Shown piece by piece: positions 61,011-64,000 of a DNA stretch of 64,000 nt; positions within the stretch are counted from its first letter, which is position 1, and every line of letters starts with the position of its first letter. The notes beneath the pieces were generated by a model. It saw nothing but the letters and a program-made list of their open reading frames with translations, was not told where the DNA came from and made no database searches. Source of the DNA: the human T2T-CHM13v2.0 reference genome, Homo sapiens; the NCBI RefSeq assembly GCF_009914755.1, contig NC_060929.1; one strand, written 5' to 3'. A program made the position numbers and the translations under genes.

Positions 61011-62602
61011 AAATTAATTTGACAAATCAGTTACATACTCTAGGCCTGGGGAAACAACAGTCAAGAGGTAGAGTTAGCAGAACCAAGTGGCTCAGAGGCG
61101 GACCCATTGACTGAGCTCAACCCCCTGGAGATGGGCATCGCCTGGCTGTTGCTAGTGCCTGCCAGGGGGAATGGGAGGCTGGTTCTGGGGCTACTGAAAG
61201 CTGGAGCCAACTATGCTGCTGGAGCAATACTGCTGCTGGAGAGACACTCCCAGAAAGTGCAAAGACCAGGAAGGAGGGTCCCTTTCCTTCCTCCCAACCT
61301 CCAGTCACACTCTAAGGCTTCTGCCGGCAGCATCTAAGGGGAAATGAACCAGATGGCTTACCATATCCAAGAGCAGAGTATAGAAAGGTGGGCTTGGATC
61401 CAAGAGACAATAGATAAATAACCAACACGCAGAGAACAATGGAGAATTAACAGCTCATACAATGAGGGGAGAGGATTCTTTTCTCATATAATTATTTTCT
61501 TCTCTAAAAGAGTGATTCGTTAGATCTTAAACTAAATGTTGCTTAATTTTAGAATAACTTCAGGAATATTTTTATAAATCAGAAAAAAATCTTATTCCTT
61601 TATATATGCTAATTCTACATCTGAAAACATTTTTCGGTTCTTACATTGCTCCCACCTCCTTGACCCTTAGGTATAATGGAGAGAATTCTGCATCCTAGTA
61701 TGCATACGCATTCCCACCTGGGTGCCTTTGCTCTGGGTGCCTTCCCACCCAGAGGCCCTTCTTTCCTCTTCTCTGCCTGAGTTCTATTCTTCTTCCATCA
61801 ATGAAGCCTTTTCTATGCACATCAGTTAACAGTGACATTTTCTTTCCTGCTTCTGAGTCCTCATGGGACGAATTTCCAGGTTATGCTTGGACACACTGTC
61901 TTGAGTAACCAGCTAAGTTTTCATAGATGTGTGCTCATGTCTATTTATTACATGGATGGTTCCTGACATGCCCAGACAGTGTGAAGCCTCAATGAATATC
62001 CGTTCATGACTGAGCCTCTATGGACATTTGAGAACAGCTTTAAAGTGAATAACTGTATAATAATTTTATGGAAAATATTCAAATTTTCCAGGAAAAGGGA
62101 TGATCGGATGACAAGAACACCTCTGTTTCTGTCCCCATTATTTCTACTAGTCATTCACTTTTGCATGAGCCAGAGTTGATACTCTTATTAAATGCTTGGT
62201 GTTTGGAAAAGTTTGTGAGGCCAACATTTGCCTTAGGTACTGGTCAGACAAAGCTGAACCTGATGAGAGAGAAGAGGTCATCAGATTGCACATACTTAAA
62301 AAGTAAAGAAACTCTAGGTAGTCTTGCCTCCCACCCAGGCTTAAAGAGTTGGCATCAAGGTGCTCAAATGGACCCAACACAGAGACTGGCGATGCTTTCA
62401 GGTTTGGTTCTGTTTGCTGCTCTTATAAACTCATTTTGTGTCCAAGTGGCTTGCTCTGTCAGATGAAACCTTGGAAAGGTAAAAAATCCTTCTCAAGTCA
62501 AATTTTCATCTTCCTTTGAAATCTCTGAACCCATTAACTCGGGACATTAACCAGCACTTTCATGTTACCCACCTGAGACCACCTCTTGTTCAGCATCAAC
62601 CA

Positions 62603-62604
<2 letters not shown>

Positions 62605-62633
<29 letters not shown>

Positions 62634-64000
62634 GTGAAAGAGCATGCTTTATTTGGAAGCAGAGTGCTGCACAGTGACCGACAGATGAAGGCCACCCATT
62701 GGGCACTCACACATCGTACTCCAAAATACACACAGGATGCTTTGCTAATAAAAATCAATGGGAACAGGGATTCCTCTGGGCAACTCCCCCAACCTCATCC
62801 CTTTCAGGGGTTGGGAAATCTCCCAACCATCTTCCTGATGGCAGCGGTGGTTCACTAGAGATAAAGCCCCTCAGGGATGCCTTCGTGTTTCTTATAAAGA
62901 ACACTTTCTATAGATTTTTTGAAGTCTTCATTTGTTGCTTTCATTCTATGTTCTCTTAAGGCCATCAGACCAGCTTCTGTACAGATTGCCTTGATGTCAG
63001 CACCAGAGAAGTCATCTTTAGCCATGATCAAGTCGTCCAGGGTTACATCATTGGCCAGTGTCATCCTGCATGTGTGAATCTGAAAGATGTGCTTCTTAGT
63101 CTTTTCATCAGGCAGGTGGAACTCGATCTTCTTGTCAATGCGGCCTGGTCTGATAAGTACTGGATCCAAAGTTTCTACTTGTTTTGTGGCCATGATAACT
63201 TTCACATCTTCCCTAGAATCAAATCCACCCAATTGGTTCAACAGTTCCAATTCCAACATTGTTTGCTGAATTTCTCTCTCACCACCAGAATTGGAGTCAT
63301 ATCTTTTTGTCCCAATGGCTTCAATTTCATCAGTAAACATGATGGATGGTGCATGTTCTTCAGCAACTTGAAATACTTGCCGTACGAGTTTGGGCCCATC
63401 ACCTAGGTACTTCTGAATAAGTTCAGAGCCAACCACTCTCAAGAAAGTGGCTGAGGTTTGGTTTGCTACTGCTTTGGCTAACAAGGTTTTTACCTGTGCC
63501 AGGTGGACCACAGAGAATGACCCCTTTAGGAGGCTTTGTACCCATCTCTTCATAATATTCAGGATGGGGGAGAGGAAGCTCCATAGATTCCTTAATTTCC
63601 TGAATTTGGTTGTCCACCCCCCCAGTATTGACATAGGTCTCCTGGGGGGCCTTCTCCACCTTCATCATTGTGACCAGGGGACCCGTATCATCCATCAGCA
63701 CCCCTATCACCGCATGTACCTTGTGTCTGAGCAGAATCGAGCAGCCAGGTTCCAGCAGATCCTTCTCTACAAATGAAATAATGCTGTCATAGTGTTCTGA
63801 GCCCACAGATGTAGACACAATGGCATGATTGTCATCGATGATCTCTTCCAAGTTTCCTACTGACATTGGGGTCCCCCTCAGATCATCCACTTTTGATCTT
63901 CCCTCCTCTTGCTTTTCTTCTAATAGTTTTATTTGTTCCTGATTTCTAATGAATTCTTCCACCATGAGAAGGTAGTCTTTAATTCTCTCTAACTTCAGTA
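62605..64000 (-). pseudogene. PSMC1P: Processed pseudogene of PSMC1 (26S proteasome AAA-ATPase Rpt2/S4); 5' part lies beyond the window
   Basis: Intronless PSMC1-like translation ([15 protein letters not shown]...GPPGTGK / [36 protein letters not shown]...[11 protein letters not shown]...EGLYL*), stop at 62855-62857, 3'UTR, AATAAA at 62648-62653, poly(A) at 62605-62633. A +1 frameshift lies in Walker A (63487-63491). The specific locus number cannot be determined here. Confidence 0.97.

Noticed and set aside
62855-63965. Functional PSMC1 gene
   Set aside because: Intronless, genomic poly(A), Walker A frameshift and many substitutions in a highly conserved protein.

Overview
Repeat-rich, intergenic or intronic primate genomic DNA, most likely human: Alu, L1PA and LTR12 are present, and an SVA restricts it to hominoids. 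No intact protein-coding gene is supported. Main contents: a near-complete Tigger1 (3.7-6.3 kb); a full-length but inactivated L1PA4/5-type LINE-1 (8.9-15.1 kb); a roughly 10 kb nested stack in which an ERVL provirus hosts an ERV1-type solo LTR, an L1, HSMAR2, a complete THE1D provirus and four Alus (22.3-32.4 kb); an LTR12 solo LTR; an old SVA with a short VNTR; a retroposed, 3'-truncated 5S rRNA copy; and a processed PSMC1 pseudogene running off the right end. In unique sequence I see a pre-miRNA-sized hairpin (about 20.93-20.99 kb) and a few splice-signal or CRE clusters that may be non-coding exons. I find no convincing undescribed biological system; the findings are modest and testable. 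Repeat subfamily names come from recalled consensus sequences and need RepeatMasker/Dfam confirmation.
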